A stretch of DNA of 64,000 nt from an uncultured cyanobacterium (GTDB taxonomy: Bacteria; Cyanobacteriota; Cyanobacteriia; Cyanobacteriales; Nostocaceae): positions 384,001 through 448,000 of the forward strand of contig CAVUDP010000001.1 in NCBI GenBank assembly GCA_963740315.1, read 5' to 3'. The notes beneath the pieces were generated by a model, which saw nothing but the letters and a program-made list of their open reading frames with translations, did no database searches and was not told the origin of the DNA. A program made the translations under genes and the position numbers. Below are positions 40,836 to 51,700 of this stretch, one piece after another (within the stretch, counting starts at the first letter, position 1; the number at the start of each line of letters is the position of its first letter).

Positions 40836-40837
40836 AC

Positions 40838-40966
40838 AAAAAAACCTCGGGTCTCAATCCGAGGTCTATTAAAGAAAACCAAATGTCTAAAGTTTATAAA
40901 GATATTGAAAATTTCAAATCTTAATTCACATCACAGCCATACAAGCTGAACTTTTGTGAACTTATG
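40838..40966 (-). ncRNA. Candidate small RNA (~130 nt)
   Basis: TTGACA(41001-40996)-17 bp-TAAGAT promoter; terminator acctcgg-N8-ccgaggt followed by a U-tract. Confidence 0.45.
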
Positions 40967-41061
40967 TAAATAATCTTAATGAAATCATTACAAAATGTCA
41001 ATCAGGCTTGACACGGATATTGGTTGTATACATATCAAACCAATTCTCAGTAGATTGCGGG

Positions 41062-41200
41062 AGAGGGGGAAGAGGGGGAAGAGGGGGTAGAGGGGGTAGA
41101 GGGGGTAGAAAAAAATATTTATTATTATTAATTCCTAACTTTTAACTTTTAACTCCTAACTCCTAACTCCTAACTCCTAACTCCTAACTCCTAACTCCTA
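41062..41200. repeat. STRR tracts (GAGGGGGAA/GAGGGGGTA, AACTCCT)
   Basis: Tandem 9-mers and 7-mers. Confidence 0.85.
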
Positions 41201-42817
41201 ACTGGTAACTGTTTCTATGGCTTTTGCAGCTTCGGGGGTAATTTCTGTAACTAAACGGAAAGGAAATTCTTCTGTAGAAGCAAGTTGAGCGTAATCTGCT
41301 GTAAGAAACACTTTATATATATCAGCTTCTGGAGTCATTTGAGCAGCAAAAGCTAAAACGATCGCTTTCACAAATTTGCGAATGTCAGCAGCTTGTTCTC
41401 CGATTACTTCGCCACCAGTTAAAGGGGTATTGGGTTTTCCTTTTTGACTGACGGTAGCGCTGGGATCTTTGACGCTCAAATGCGTACCTCCAACTACACC
41501 AACTAGCCATTTAGGTGAGGGAATTTTGCGAAAGCCGATTATTTGTTCGGTTAAAGCGGGGTTGGTTTTATCAGCAGAACTTGCTAAAACAAGGGTGGGA
41601 ACCTGTACGGATTCTAATCCTGTTTCACCAAACATCAACGAACTTGTGGGATTGAGAGCAACTATCCGCTTTACTCTTTCGTCGCGCAACTGATAGCTTT
41701 TTTCTGGTAATTCCTGCGCTACGCACTGAAAACCTTGCCCAAAGCTCAAAATTGCCAAGTTTTCTTTACAGCGTTGTTTGAGACTTTCTGGTTGCAAAGG
41801 CGCTCCAGCTATTGATAAAGCCGTACCACCACCGAAGGAATAACCCACCACCATTACTTTATTAGTTGCGAGTTTACCTTTGAATGAATTATCCCCTGTT
41901 TGATTTAGCTTTTCTAATTCATCTATTACAAAACTGATATCTTGAGGACGTTCTAAAAACTCTTGCGGTTTTAAAAGTCTGCTTTTACCTGCGATCGCGG
42001 CGTTGGTATTCGCTTCATTACTACCGGGATGCTCTACAGATGCAACTACAAAACCATAAGATGCTAGGTGTCTTGCTAAATACTGTAACTCGGTGCGAAC
42101 CGAACCCATACCGTGACTAAATACAATAACCGGCTTTTCTACAGTCGCAGTATCTGACCAATATATATCAACGTCAAGGTTTCTATTACGTTTATCGTCG
42201 TTCAAATTTAATGTAAATTCTTCACACTTACCGCTCCCTGCTTGAGTCGCATCAATTGGTAATGAAAGCTGGGGATCTCTACTCGCCAGTTGAGGCGCGA
42301 TCGCACTCATAAACTGCTGAGTTTGCCAAAATGCTGTATTTAAACTTTTGAATACTCTAAATGCTTGATTTAAATCAATTTCTAAACGTTTGCTCGGATA
42401 AGCAGCAATAGAAGAAAGCACAGAAATTCCTTTAGCTTCAGTAGTGCCTAAAACTAAACTTTCTCTGAGGGCTTTTGCTGCCGCGTCGTCTTCTGGGTGT
42501 ATTAATGTAGCTAAATCTTTCAAAACTTTCGCACCAATTTGAGTATTCAGAAAATTACTCATAGTCACAACATTAATCGGAATTTTCGTCCTCAACGCTG
42601 CCACGATCGTACTGCGTTGTTCTTCAGATAAACGATCGGTGTAAGATTTGAAACTGTCGGGAAACTCACCTGTTTTCGCGACATTTTCTAATTCAGAAAT
42701 CGAGATAGACGCAGCAAACGAACCGTAACGTACTACTACGGTTTCCACTGTCTGTAATGGTAAAGTTTCCAATTGTGCAATCATTAACGTACAAAATAAA
42801 CTTACAAATATCTTCAA
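41198..42817 (-). CDS. DUF1400 + alpha/beta hydrolase
   Basis: N-terminal DUF1400-like region, FSHGMGS, EHPGSN, RPQDISF, GYSFGG nucleophile elbow, GGTH. Confidence 0.85.
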   Translation of the reverse strand: MKIFVSLFCTLMIAQLETLPLQTVETVVVRYGSFAASISISELENVAKTGEFPDSFKSYTDRLSEEQRSTIVAALRTKIPINVVTMSNFLNTQIGAKVLKDLATLIHPEDDAAAKALRESLVLGTTEAKGISVLSSIAAYPSKRLEIDLNQAFRVFKSLNTAFWQTQQFMSAIAPQLASRDPQLSLPIDATQAGSGKCEEFTLNLNDDKRNRNLDVDIYWSDTATVEKPVIVFSHGMGSVRTELQYLARHLASYGFVVASVEHPGSNEANTNAAIAGKSRLLKPQEFLERPQDISFVIDELEKLNQTGDNSFKGKLATNKVMVVGYSFGGGTALSIAGAPLQPESLKQRCKENLAILSFGQGFQCVAQELPEKSYQLRDERVKRIVALNPTSSLMFGETGLESVQVPTLVLASSADKTNPALTEQIIGFRKIPSPKWLVGVVGGTHLSVKDPSATVSQKGKPNTPLTGGEVIGEQAADIRKFVKAIVLAFAAQMTPEADIYKVFLTADYAQLASTEEFPFRLVTEITPEAAKAIETVTS

Positions 42818-43015
42818 ACTTCTCCCACTCTATTTCATTTATATTTGTAGCTTTATTAATAGCTGCTTAAGTGAAAATACTGGGAGAATACCTAATTAAT
42901 ATCTAGTTAGAGTTTAGTTTTAGCTTATTAATTCTATGGGTGACAACAAATCAAAATCAATTAATCTAGTTCCATGCCTACAAACGAAGATTCAGGAAAA
43001 AATTCATATTTTTAA

Positions 43016-43068
43016 TTGACATTTAAGCGAATGCTTAATTAATATATTTAAGTAATCGCTTAAATATA
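43016..43068 (+). promoter_or_regulatory. Tandem ArsR-type operators overlapping a promoter
   Basis: TTGACA at 43016; ATTTAAG-N6-CTTAATT (43021-43040) and ATTTAAG-N6-CTTAAAT (43046-43065). Confidence 0.7.
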
Positions 43069-43093
43069 TGAGTAGTTCCCTCTCTCAATTGAT

Positions 43094-43423
43094 ATGAGCA
43101 GACAATCCGCGAGTGCAGACGTTTTTCAAGTAATTGCAGATCCAACGCGAAGGGCAATATTGGATTTATTACTCAGAGGCGAACAACCCGTTAAACAGCT
43201 AGCGGAACCCTTTGCGATCAGCTTACCGGCGATTTCTCAGCATTTACAGATATTGTGCGAAGCTGACTTAGTAGAAATGCGTAGATCGGGTCGCCAGCGT
43301 TTGTATAAGCTGAAGCCAGAAAAATTAAAACAAGTATCGAATTGGATTGCGAATTACGAGCAATTTTGGCAAGACAAACTTGATGCCCTTGGCGATTATT
43401 TGGAGGAATCATGTTCGGATTAA
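43094..43423 (+). CDS. ArsR/SmtB-family transcriptional regulator
   Basis: VFQVIADPTRRAILDLL, SLPAISQHL, GRQRLY. Confidence 0.92.
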   Translation: MSRQSASADVFQVIADPTRRAILDLLLRGEQPVKQLAEPFAISLPAISQHLQILCEADLVEMRRSGRQRLYKLKPEKLKQVSNWIANYEQFWQDKLDALGDYLEESCSD

Positions 43424-43878
43424 ACAAAGAAGTATTTTACCCCCATCCACCCGAACGAGTTTGGCTTTTATTAACTAACAGTCGTGCTTTAGCTGCATGG
43501 TTAATGGAAAACGATTTTGAGCCGCGAGTTGGGTGTAAATTTTGTTTTTACAGTCCATCTTTACCGGGAATAGATACGAATATTAAATGCGAAGTAATCG
43601 AAGTTGATCAACCAAAACGGCTTGTTTACACCTGGCAAGACTGCATGATGAGTCAGGCTTCTATCGTTACTTGGACTTTGAAAGCTGTTGAAGGCGGTAC
43701 GCGGTTACGTTTGCAGCATCGAGTTAGAGAAACTGCTTTGACTGGTGCGATGTCAGTGTATTCTCAAGTGCAACCTGGATACACCAAAACATCCGATAGC
43801 TTTATTCTTGCATCTTATTTAAATGGTGGATGGGAAGAAAAACTTTGCAACAAGCTGCCGGAAGTATTGATTGACTAA
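43411..43878 (+). CDS. SRPBCC (AHA1/START-like) domain protein
   Basis: PPERVW..LT....LA.W, P.RLVYTW, V.WTL...EGGTRL.L.H; overlaps the ArsR gene. Confidence 0.88.
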   Translation: MFGLNKEVFYPHPPERVWLLLTNSRALAAWLMENDFEPRVGCKFCFYSPSLPGIDTNIKCEVIEVDQPKRLVYTWQDCMMSQASIVTWTLKAVEGGTRLRLQHRVRETALTGAMSVYSQVQPGYTKTSDSFILASYLNGGWEEKLCNKLPEVLID

Positions 43879-43959
43879 ACCTCTTATAAAAAGCCCCCCT
43901 TTTTTAAGGGGGGTTGGGGGGATCTAAACGCTTGAAATAACAAAACCAGAGATTTATAA

Positions 43960-44289
43960 ATGTCCCAACAAAATTTCATCAACACTAATAACCAGCAGTG
44001 GGAAAAACTCCCCTCTATTCCGGGTACACAAATACTTTCCTTAGCGCAACCAGTTCCCCAAGGTTCAATTCACAAACTACGCATTCTGGCTGGTACGGTA
44101 ATTCCGGTTCATTATCATCCTTGTGACGAGTATGTTTATGTTCTCGAAGGAACTATTGAAACGGGAGGAAAAGAGTGTCAAGCCGGAACATTTTGGTTTA
44201 CTCCTGCTAATACTAAAAACGGTTCCCACAAAGCGATTACGGATGTAGAAATTATGACTATTCGACAGGCGCGAAATGGGTGTATTTGA
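43960..44289 (+). CDS. Cupin-domain protein (C-terminus probably frameshifted)
   Basis: IPVHYHPCDEYVYVLEG, G.FWFTPA. Confidence 0.8.
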   Translation: MSQQNFINTNNQQWEKLPSIPGTQILSLAQPVPQGSIHKLRILAGTVIPVHYHPCDEYVYVLEGTIETGGKECQAGTFWFTPANTKNGSHKAITDVEIMTIRQARNGCI

Positions 44290-44340
44290 AAAGGATTAAT
44301 TATAAAGACAGCAAAACAAAAAGTAAACATGGTGATAATT

Positions 44341-44739
44341 ATGAGAGATAATCAAGAATTTCTGCAAAATTTATACGATGCCTTTAATAACCGTGAAATT
44401 GAAACAATTATCTCGTTTATGCGCCCGGATGTGAAATGGGCGAACGGAGTGGAAGGCGGTTTTGTTTACGGATGCGACGCAGTGCGCGAATACTGGATCG
44501 ATCAATTTAAGGATATTCAAGTGGAGCTTGAGACGCTAAAATTCGAGACGGACGAAAATAATCGAAACGTTGTTACCGCTCATCAAGTCATCAAAGATTT
44601 ACAAGGCAATTTACTTGCGGATGCAACAATTCAGCAAATCTTTACCATTGAGGATGGTTTGATTAGTCTTTACGAAATTGGGGAAACTGAAACAATCCAA
44701 GAAATGATTCAAAAGGCGACAACCTCCGATCAACAATAG
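44341..44739 (+). CDS. SnoaL-like/NTF2 family protein
   Basis: LYDAFNNREIE.....M.PDVKWANG.EGG.V.G..AVREYW. Confidence 0.85.
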   Translation: MRDNQEFLQNLYDAFNNREIETIISFMRPDVKWANGVEGGFVYGCDAVREYWIDQFKDIQVELETLKFETDENNRNVVTAHQVIKDLQGNLLADATIQQIFTIEDGLISLYEIGETETIQEMIQKATTSDQQ

Positions 44740-44795
44740 TAATCTTTCATCAGGATAGGAGTATACATTTTCTATTCCCTGTTCCCAATTCCCAT

Positions 44796-44987
44796 ATGTC
44801 TAACAAAGAATTTTTAGAATTAGCTGGCGTACCTGCGATCGTGCATCCACCTGCGAATCCCAGCTTACCTGCTCCGCTTATTGTGCTTTGGCATGGTTTC
44901 GGAATACCTAATAGTGAAGAATTGCTTGCGGAAGTTTTGCCTTTGGAAGAATTTGAATTGTTCGTAGTAAGGACTTCAGTCCTTTAA
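44796..44987 (+). pseudogene. Truncated alpha/beta hydrolase-like fragment
   Basis: PAPLIVLWHGFG oxyanion-type motif, then an abrupt end in the palindrome gtagtaaggacttcagtcctt. Confidence 0.55.
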
Positions 44988-45012
44988 AAACTTAAACTAA
45001 AGGAATTCCTGA

Positions 45013-46032
45013 ATGAAAATTCTCATCATCGGTGGAACTAATTTTATTGGTCCTTCTGTTGTACGTCAGCTTGTAACTATGGGACACGATGTTACCTTAT
45101 TTCATCGCGGAAAGACGAAAGCAGAATTGCCCGACAACGTAAATCATATATATGGCAATCGCTCTCAACTTAACGATTATAAAAGCGAATTTGAGAGACT
45201 TTCACCCGATGTTGTAGTAGATATGATTTGCTACACGGAATCAGATGCACGGATGCTGATAAACGTATTTAAAGGCATTACGCAGCGCGTCGTTGCAATT
45301 AGCAGTATGGATGTATACCGCGCTTATGGAATTATTTTAGGTAAGGAATCTGGTACAGAAGAAGTTCCGCTTACAGAGGATTCAGCTTTACGTTCTTCGC
45401 TTTATCTTCTCAAAGATATGCCCAAAAGACCTTTGAATGCACCACCTGATTACGAAAAGATTGTAGTTGAAATTGTCATGTCAGACTCGGATTTACCTGG
45501 AACAATTGTCAGATTACCGATGGTTTACGGAAAAAATGACCCTTTGAATCGTTTATTTCCCTATTTACAACGTATGGACGATCGCCGCGATGCGATTGTG
45601 TTGTTAGATATTATTGCCAAATGGCGAAGTTCTTACGGTTATGTTGAGAATATCGGGTATGCGATCGCTCTAGCTGTTACCAACGAAAAAGCAAAAGGTA
45701 GAATTTATCATGTTGCTGAACCAGAGATACTTTCTGAAGGGGAGCGAGTTACTAAAATTGGAAAACTTGTAGGATGGAAAGGTAAAGTTGTAAGTTTACC
45801 TAAAGAAAAGTTTCCCGTAGATTGGAATTTACCACTCAACTCAGAACAAGATTGGTTTCTAGATTCCACTCGCATTCGTGAAGAGTTGGGATACAGGGAA
45901 ATTGTACCCATAGAAGAATCGTTGAAGAGAACTATCGAATGGGAAAGAAATCATCCATCCACCCAAATGCAGCAATTAGTAGCACCCTGGTTGTTAGATT
46001 ACGCGATCGAAGATGCCGTTTTAAAACAATGA
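45013..46032 (+). CDS. NAD-dependent epimerase/dehydratase family protein
   Basis: ILIIGGTNFIG, ISSMDVY, RLPMVYG. Confidence 0.88.
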   Translation: MKILIIGGTNFIGPSVVRQLVTMGHDVTLFHRGKTKAELPDNVNHIYGNRSQLNDYKSEFERLSPDVVVDMICYTESDARMLINVFKGITQRVVAISSMDVYRAYGIILGKESGTEEVPLTEDSALRSSLYLLKDMPKRPLNAPPDYEKIVVEIVMSDSDLPGTIVRLPMVYGKNDPLNRLFPYLQRMDDRRDAIVLLDIIAKWRSSYGYVENIGYAIALAVTNEKAKGRIYHVAEPEILSEGERVTKIGKLVGWKGKVVSLPKEKFPVDWNLPLNSEQDWFLDSTRIREELGYREIVPIEESLKRTIEWERNHPSTQMQQLVAPWLLDYAIEDAVLKQ

Positions 46033-46202
46033 ATGATGTAGAGACGTAGCACTGCTACGTCTCCATATCTGTGTTATCCAACGAATAAATTTGAATAGTT
46101 CCCAAATGTATATTGAGTAAAAAATAACCCTAAAGAGTACTTTAAATAAAGATTTATTTCTTGTAGCATTCAAGACATACAATCTATATTGATAACAATC
46201 TC

Positions 46203-46838
46203 ATGTCAGAAACTTACATCTCAAAAGTCAACGTTGACTTATGGAAACAAGAAGTAACGCTTGAATGGACGGGATCGAATGCAGCATCACAAAAAAAAGG
46301 TCCTTTTCACTGTACTCCTGGAAAAGGTATCTCTGGTGTTAATTGCGATAATATTGCAACCAGTCAAAAAGCTGGAACGGATTGCACTCCTAAAGGTGAA
46401 TTCCCAGTGCTTTGGCACGATCGTAAATTTAGCGAGTATCCAGAAGCAGAATGGGTAACACGTTTTCAAGATGCTTCACGGGGAATAGCGCTGCATTACT
46501 ATCCACGGGTTCCCGAATTTCCTAGTTCTCACGGATGCGTTCGTATCAAAAGTTTAGAAGCAGCAAAGCTAATTCATGACAATACGAAACTTCAAAAATC
46601 AATTGTCAAAGTACATGGAGAATTGCGACCGAATTTCAATAACACTTTAAGACTTGGTGCTAAAGGTGAAGATGTGAAAAAGATGCAGCTTCAGCTAAAG
46701 AACAAAGGATATGGACTTTCAGTTGATGGCGATTTTGGTCCGGCAACAGAAGCAAAAGTCAAACAGTTTCAAAAGGATAAAAGGCTCGTATATGACGGAA
46801 TATGCGGTCGTCAAACCTATACAGCGCTTTTTGCGTAG
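46203..46838 (+). CDS. L,D-transpeptidase (YkuD) with C-terminal peptidoglycan-binding domain
   Basis: TPKGEF, IALH...SHGCVR; LRLGAKGEDVK..Q..L...GY...DGDFGPATE..VK.FQ. Confidence 0.9.
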   Translation: MSETYISKVNVDLWKQEVTLEWTGSNAASQKKGPFHCTPGKGISGVNCDNIATSQKAGTDCTPKGEFPVLWHDRKFSEYPEAEWVTRFQDASRGIALHYYPRVPEFPSSHGCVRIKSLEAAKLIHDNTKLQKSIVKVHGELRPNFNNTLRLGAKGEDVKKMQLQLKNKGYGLSVDGDFGPATEAKVKQFQKDKRLVYDGICGRQTYTALFA

Positions 46839-46933
46839 TCGATTGCAATAAACTAATTTCTGTATTTGAATCGCGACGATCGCTATTTTTCCCGATAAAA
46901 TTATGCTTACCGTCAGCCATTATCGGGGAAAAT

Positions 46934-47392
46934 ATGATTATGAAGAATTTACCATTGGGATGTATTCTTCGCAAAGCCACATCCAAAGACGCTTCATCTA
47001 TTCGCTGGCTGGTATTCACAGCAAAACTCGACCCCACACAATTAAAATGGCAGCAGTTTTGGGTAATTGAATGCGATCGCAAAATAGCAGCTTGCGGACA
47101 GTTACGCAATTTTACACAAGCTCAAGAACTTGGTAGCTTAGTTGTTACTAAAAAGTGGAGAAATCGCGGTTTAGGAAGTTTTCTTACTCAACATTTAATC
47201 GAACAAGCAACTCAACCGCTTTATTTAGAATGTTTGGGTAAAAAATTAATAGATTACTATCAAAAATTTGGTTTTAAAATAATTGATTTTCAAGATTTAC
47301 CTGTATCTCTCAAAAGTAAATTTAAAATATCTCAATTAGGTAAACAATTAATCGGAGTTCCCGTAACTTTTATGAAACATGGAATCAGTTAA
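46934..47392 (+). CDS. GNAT-family N-acetyltransferase
   Basis: ELGSLVV...WRNRGLGS.L; YYQKFGF. Confidence 0.85.
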   Translation: MIMKNLPLGCILRKATSKDASSIRWLVFTAKLDPTQLKWQQFWVIECDRKIAACGQLRNFTQAQELGSLVVTKKWRNRGLGSFLTQHLIEQATQPLYLECLGKKLIDYYQKFGFKIIDFQDLPVSLKSKFKISQLGKQLIGVPVTFMKHGIS

Positions 47393-47412
47393 CAGTTAGC
47401 AGTTAGCAGAAT

Positions 47413-47562
47413 TGTAGGGTGTGTTGTCGCGTTACGCAACGCACCATGATAGCTGGCGGTTTAAACCGCGCCTACACCGCTCGTTGTCCACCTGCGTGGA
47501 CTATGGATTATAACCCGTGTAGACGGGTTTTGCCTGTGTAGCCGTGACTTCCAGTCGCCAGG
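47413..47562. repeat. Cluster of REP-like palindromes including a ~110-bp inverted-repeat element
   Basis: gtagggtg...gcacca; ctggcg...gcctacac paired with gtgtagcc...cgccag; internal aacccg...cgggtt. Confidence 0.65.
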
Positions 47563-47594
47563 TACTATTTTTAAGGTTGAAACCGATCGAATCC

Positions 47595-48647
47595 CTAACT
47601 AGGCGTTTCAAAACTGCCACTACCTGACAACAAAGTATTAGTAACATTAACAACCAACTGTGCTGCACCAGCAAAAAAATCACGTTCAATATTTGCAGTA
47701 GTATCGCTTGGTTGATGATAGAAAGAACTGCGTAAATTTGCTGTATCGGTAACTAATAAAGCTCCGATTCCTTGCAGCCAAAATGGTGCGTGATCGCTAC
47801 GTAAAACGTCGGGTGTTAAAACGCCTTTGAGGGGAACTGGTAAAGTAAATACTGGTGGTAATTGAGATGATTTTTCTACAGTTTTAAAAGTATTAATTAA
47901 TGGTAAATGTTCCGTGTCACCTACCACGGCTAAAAAATCACCTTTGTCACTGATGGGAGTTATGGGAAAACCAGAGGGAGATTTTTGACAACCTGCTGTA
48001 TAGCAAGCGTAACCCACCATATCCATGACGATTACACCGCGCAAATTTTGCAAACGTGCTGTATTGGTAACAAAAGCCCGACTACCTAACAAACCAGCTT
48101 CTTCTTTGTCGAAAAAAGCTAATTGCAAAGTGCGTGGAGTCGGAGAATTAAACAGTCGAGCAATTTCGAGCAATACAGCCACACCGCTAGCATTATCATC
48201 AGCACCGGGAGAATTTAAAACAGTATCGTAGTGGGCTGCGATTAAAATTGCTCCAGCATTGCGATCGCTTCCCGGTTTTTCAGCAAAGACATTAACACCT
48301 TGTTGAAACTGTTCTGTAGAAGATTCCCAGCCCAGCTTTTTTAATTCATTGATAATATAATTGCGGGTACGTCTGCGTTCGGCAACTGTAAAACGTTGAA
48401 AACTCAACTTTTGCACGTCAGCAAACAATCTTTCTGAATCAACTAGAGGAATATTAGTTTGTTGAGTTTGTTTTAATTGGGTTTGTATTTTCGCTGCTGT
48501 AGATTCTTCTTGAGGTAGTGGAGTTTCTATTTGAATATTGTTGATAACTACAGGTTCTTCAGATTTACTAAAAAAGTTATTCCCAAATAATACCGCAACA
48601 GTAACACCGGCTAATATCAACAGCACAAACCCAATATTTTTTTTCAT
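47595..48647 (-). CDS. M28-family metallopeptidase
   Basis: AHYDT, GADDNASG, FDKEE.GLLGS, DMVG, RSDHAPF, YHQPSDT; N-terminal TM/signal. Confidence 0.9.
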   Translation of the reverse strand: MKKNIGFVLLILAGVTVAVLFGNNFFSKSEEPVVINNIQIETPLPQEESTAAKIQTQLKQTQQTNIPLVDSERLFADVQKLSFQRFTVAERRRTRNYIINELKKLGWESSTEQFQQGVNVFAEKPGSDRNAGAILIAAHYDTVLNSPGADDNASGVAVLLEIARLFNSPTPRTLQLAFFDKEEAGLLGSRAFVTNTARLQNLRGVIVMDMVGYACYTAGCQKSPSGFPITPISDKGDFLAVVGDTEHLPLINTFKTVEKSSQLPPVFTLPVPLKGVLTPDVLRSDHAPFWLQGIGALLVTDTANLRSSFYHQPSDTTANIERDFFAGAAQLVVNVTNTLLSGSGSFETPS

Positions 48648-48757
48648 AAATAGAAATTGTTAATAGTTAGTTGTTAGTAGTTAGTGCTTAGTAGTTAGTT
48701 ATTAACTGTTCACTGCTCACTGTTCACTGCTCACTGGTTACTGCTCACTGGTCACTG

Positions 48758-51700
48758 TCAAAACCTTCTTTGATATTCAACCACAGCGCGACTATCATCT
48801 TCAAAATTAGTCGAACCGCGAAGACGAATTTTGTCCTTTAAACGATAATTAATACCCCATTGAAATGGGTCATCTGCGGTTAAAATCTTTAAAGCCGAAA
48901 CAGAAATTCGGTTAGTTATATCTACTCCAGCTTCTGCTGCTAATTCCACACTTGAACTGCTTTTTCCTGCTTCTGGATTGTCGGAAATAATGGTGGGAAA
49001 TACTCGCAGTTCGTCTAAACCGAAAGCAGTACCAATTTGGTTAAAAGTCGTTTGTAAATTACCTAAAACAGCGGAACCCGCTATATTAAGCAATCCTATT
49101 GTAGAATTTCCTCCTTCGCTATCAAATCCACCTCCTAATAATGCCACAATTTCGTTTTCCTCTCTAGCGGGACTGCTTTTTAATTCTAGATTTTCATTCA
49201 GTTTACTTGCAGGGCCATTTACATTTGCTTCTACACGAACTGTTTCTAATGCTGCTAAACCTGTAGCATTTGGTTTGCTAAAATCCGAACTTTGAATTAC
49301 ATCTAATACTTTCGCAAATAAACTGATATCTAAAATCGGATCGCGGGGCTGATTTACTCTAAATGTAGCTGTGTTTTTTTCACCACGAGCAAGATTAAAC
49401 TGGGTAGTAAATAAGTTGACTCCCCCTTTGTTTAATTTCAAAGTTCCGACTGGGATAGGATTGCTGAATGTCCCGTTGACGTTTAAGTTACCACTAGCTT
49501 GAATGCTAATAATCGGTGGACGTTCAATTTTGACTTTTTTGCCTAATGTTAATTGTAAATTATCAAATTTTCCTCTAGTATTCTCATCTGGATCGGTTTG
49601 CTTAATTGCTTTTATACGTTTAATTCCGCTACTGTTATCAGCCGCATTACTAACATCACCTTCTGGTAGCAATACTAAACCGTTATTTAAATTCACATTA
49701 CCGCTAACAATCGGATTTAAAGCAGAACCTTTAAGAACTACGTTACCACCAACACCACCTTGATAAATACCTTTAAGATTTATCGCTAATTTATTTAAGG
49801 TAACTGAAAGTGGATTATTAATTTGAATCAATTTGTCATCATATATAGGAATTTCTCCTCGTGCGACGACTTTACCCCGGCTAAAGTCTCCTTGAAGATT
49901 TTCTACAAGTATCGTGTCAAAATCAAACTGCACTTTTCCCGTTACATTTGTCAGATTTTCTGGTAAAGCAAGTGCTGAGAATGTGGCGTTATTAAGAATG
50001 GCATTTCCATTTACTACTGGTTCTTGTAGCGTTCCACGTACTGTTAATTTGACTTCGCCTTCACCTGTTTCAAAGCTTACTTGATCGGTAAACAAATTTA
50101 ATACAGCTAATCCCTCATTTTTGACATTCACATCTAAATTAATTTGATTGCTGTCGGAAGTTACCGAAGCAAAAGGTAATTTATATGGAATGCTTCCATT
50201 AATATCAACGGGTTCGGAATCGTTAACCATGACGTTACTAGCAAACCGCAAGCGTCCGTTGCTATAACCGAAACTTGCTGCGGCGGATTCTATTCCTTTT
50301 TGGTTTAAAGTTCCATTGGTAATTGTCAATTCTCCTTTAGTTAAAGGATTTTCAATACTTCCGGCTATTGCTGCTCTACCGTTGAGATTACCAGTTAACC
50401 CAATCGGTAAATTAACGAAGTTATTAATTACATCTAAAGGAAAATTATTGACTTGTAAAGTACCGTATTGCTCTTTACCACCGATCGCACCGCTAAAGCT
50501 AAGAAGCCTATTTGTTGACTCTATTCGCAAAGGAGTTAATCTTAAAATTCCGTTTTCAAAACTACCTTGAGCAATAACTTTTTTTGCACTATAGCGTTCT
50601 GGATCTTCTTCGGTTCCCCAACTAAAGTCTTCACCTTGAAGATTAAATTGCGTATTTATTCCTTTCGCTTCAGTTGTGTCTAGGCTAACTTCTGCATTGA
50701 AGGTTCCTTTTAAATCTGCTAATTCCGGAAAAGGAGAAGCATCGCGTCGCTGTTGTTTTTGCAATGCTAATAATCTTTTAATTTCTGAATAGCGGCGCAA
50801 TTGAGTTAATAAAGTTCGATTTGGTAAACCTACCGCAGTGGTTTCCAGTTGATTGGCTTTACCATAAGTCGGTTCTTCTAAACCGCGCTGGATATCTTGT
50901 AATTCGTATATTTGTAATGCAGTTAGAACATCTTGGACTTTACCTTGTTTGATGTTCAATTTACCTTGAATTTGCGGTGCGGTAGATGTTTGTGTGACGC
51001 TTCCTGCAACGATATAGCTGCTCTCACCTTTGAAAAATTCACCTCTATTGATAATAAGTTTTTTGCCGTTGTAGTTAAAATTAGCAACTAAACGATCGCC
51101 TTTTAAACGCCCAATTTCTGGATTTTGAACGGCAATATTTCCCGAAGCTGTGGCAAATGTTTTTTGATTAACTCGGACATTTCCGTCGAAGGTTCCGGCA
51201 ATTTTACCAGAGCCAAGATAGCGATTAACTGGTAAAGGTAATTTTAATAATTGTAATGGAAATGCCTTGACATTCAGTGCTAAAATATCTCCTTGAGATT
51301 GACCGGATGCGAATGCTTCACCGCGTTTAACTAGAAAAGATTCGGGTCGATTATTCGCATTTAAATTGACTGCAATTTGGTCTTGTTTACCCGCAACGTT
51401 CAACTGTAAACCGCTTCCTTGCTGCGATTTAACATTTCCAGCTAAAACTGGTTCAAAAGCCACATCGTTAACTACAAAATCTTTTAACGCTAGTTGTCCT
51501 ACTACATTTGGTAAAGGCAGTTTACCAGTAATTCTGCCGTTAAAATCAACTTTCCCAGCTACATTTACAGCATTGGACTCTACTGGTAACTGTTGTAAAT
51601 CAAAATTACTAGCTTGAACGTTCAAATTTAATTGCGTAATTTCCGGTATTCCCGTACCTTTGGCATTGGCTAAAATATCACCGCTAACATTCAAACCCGG

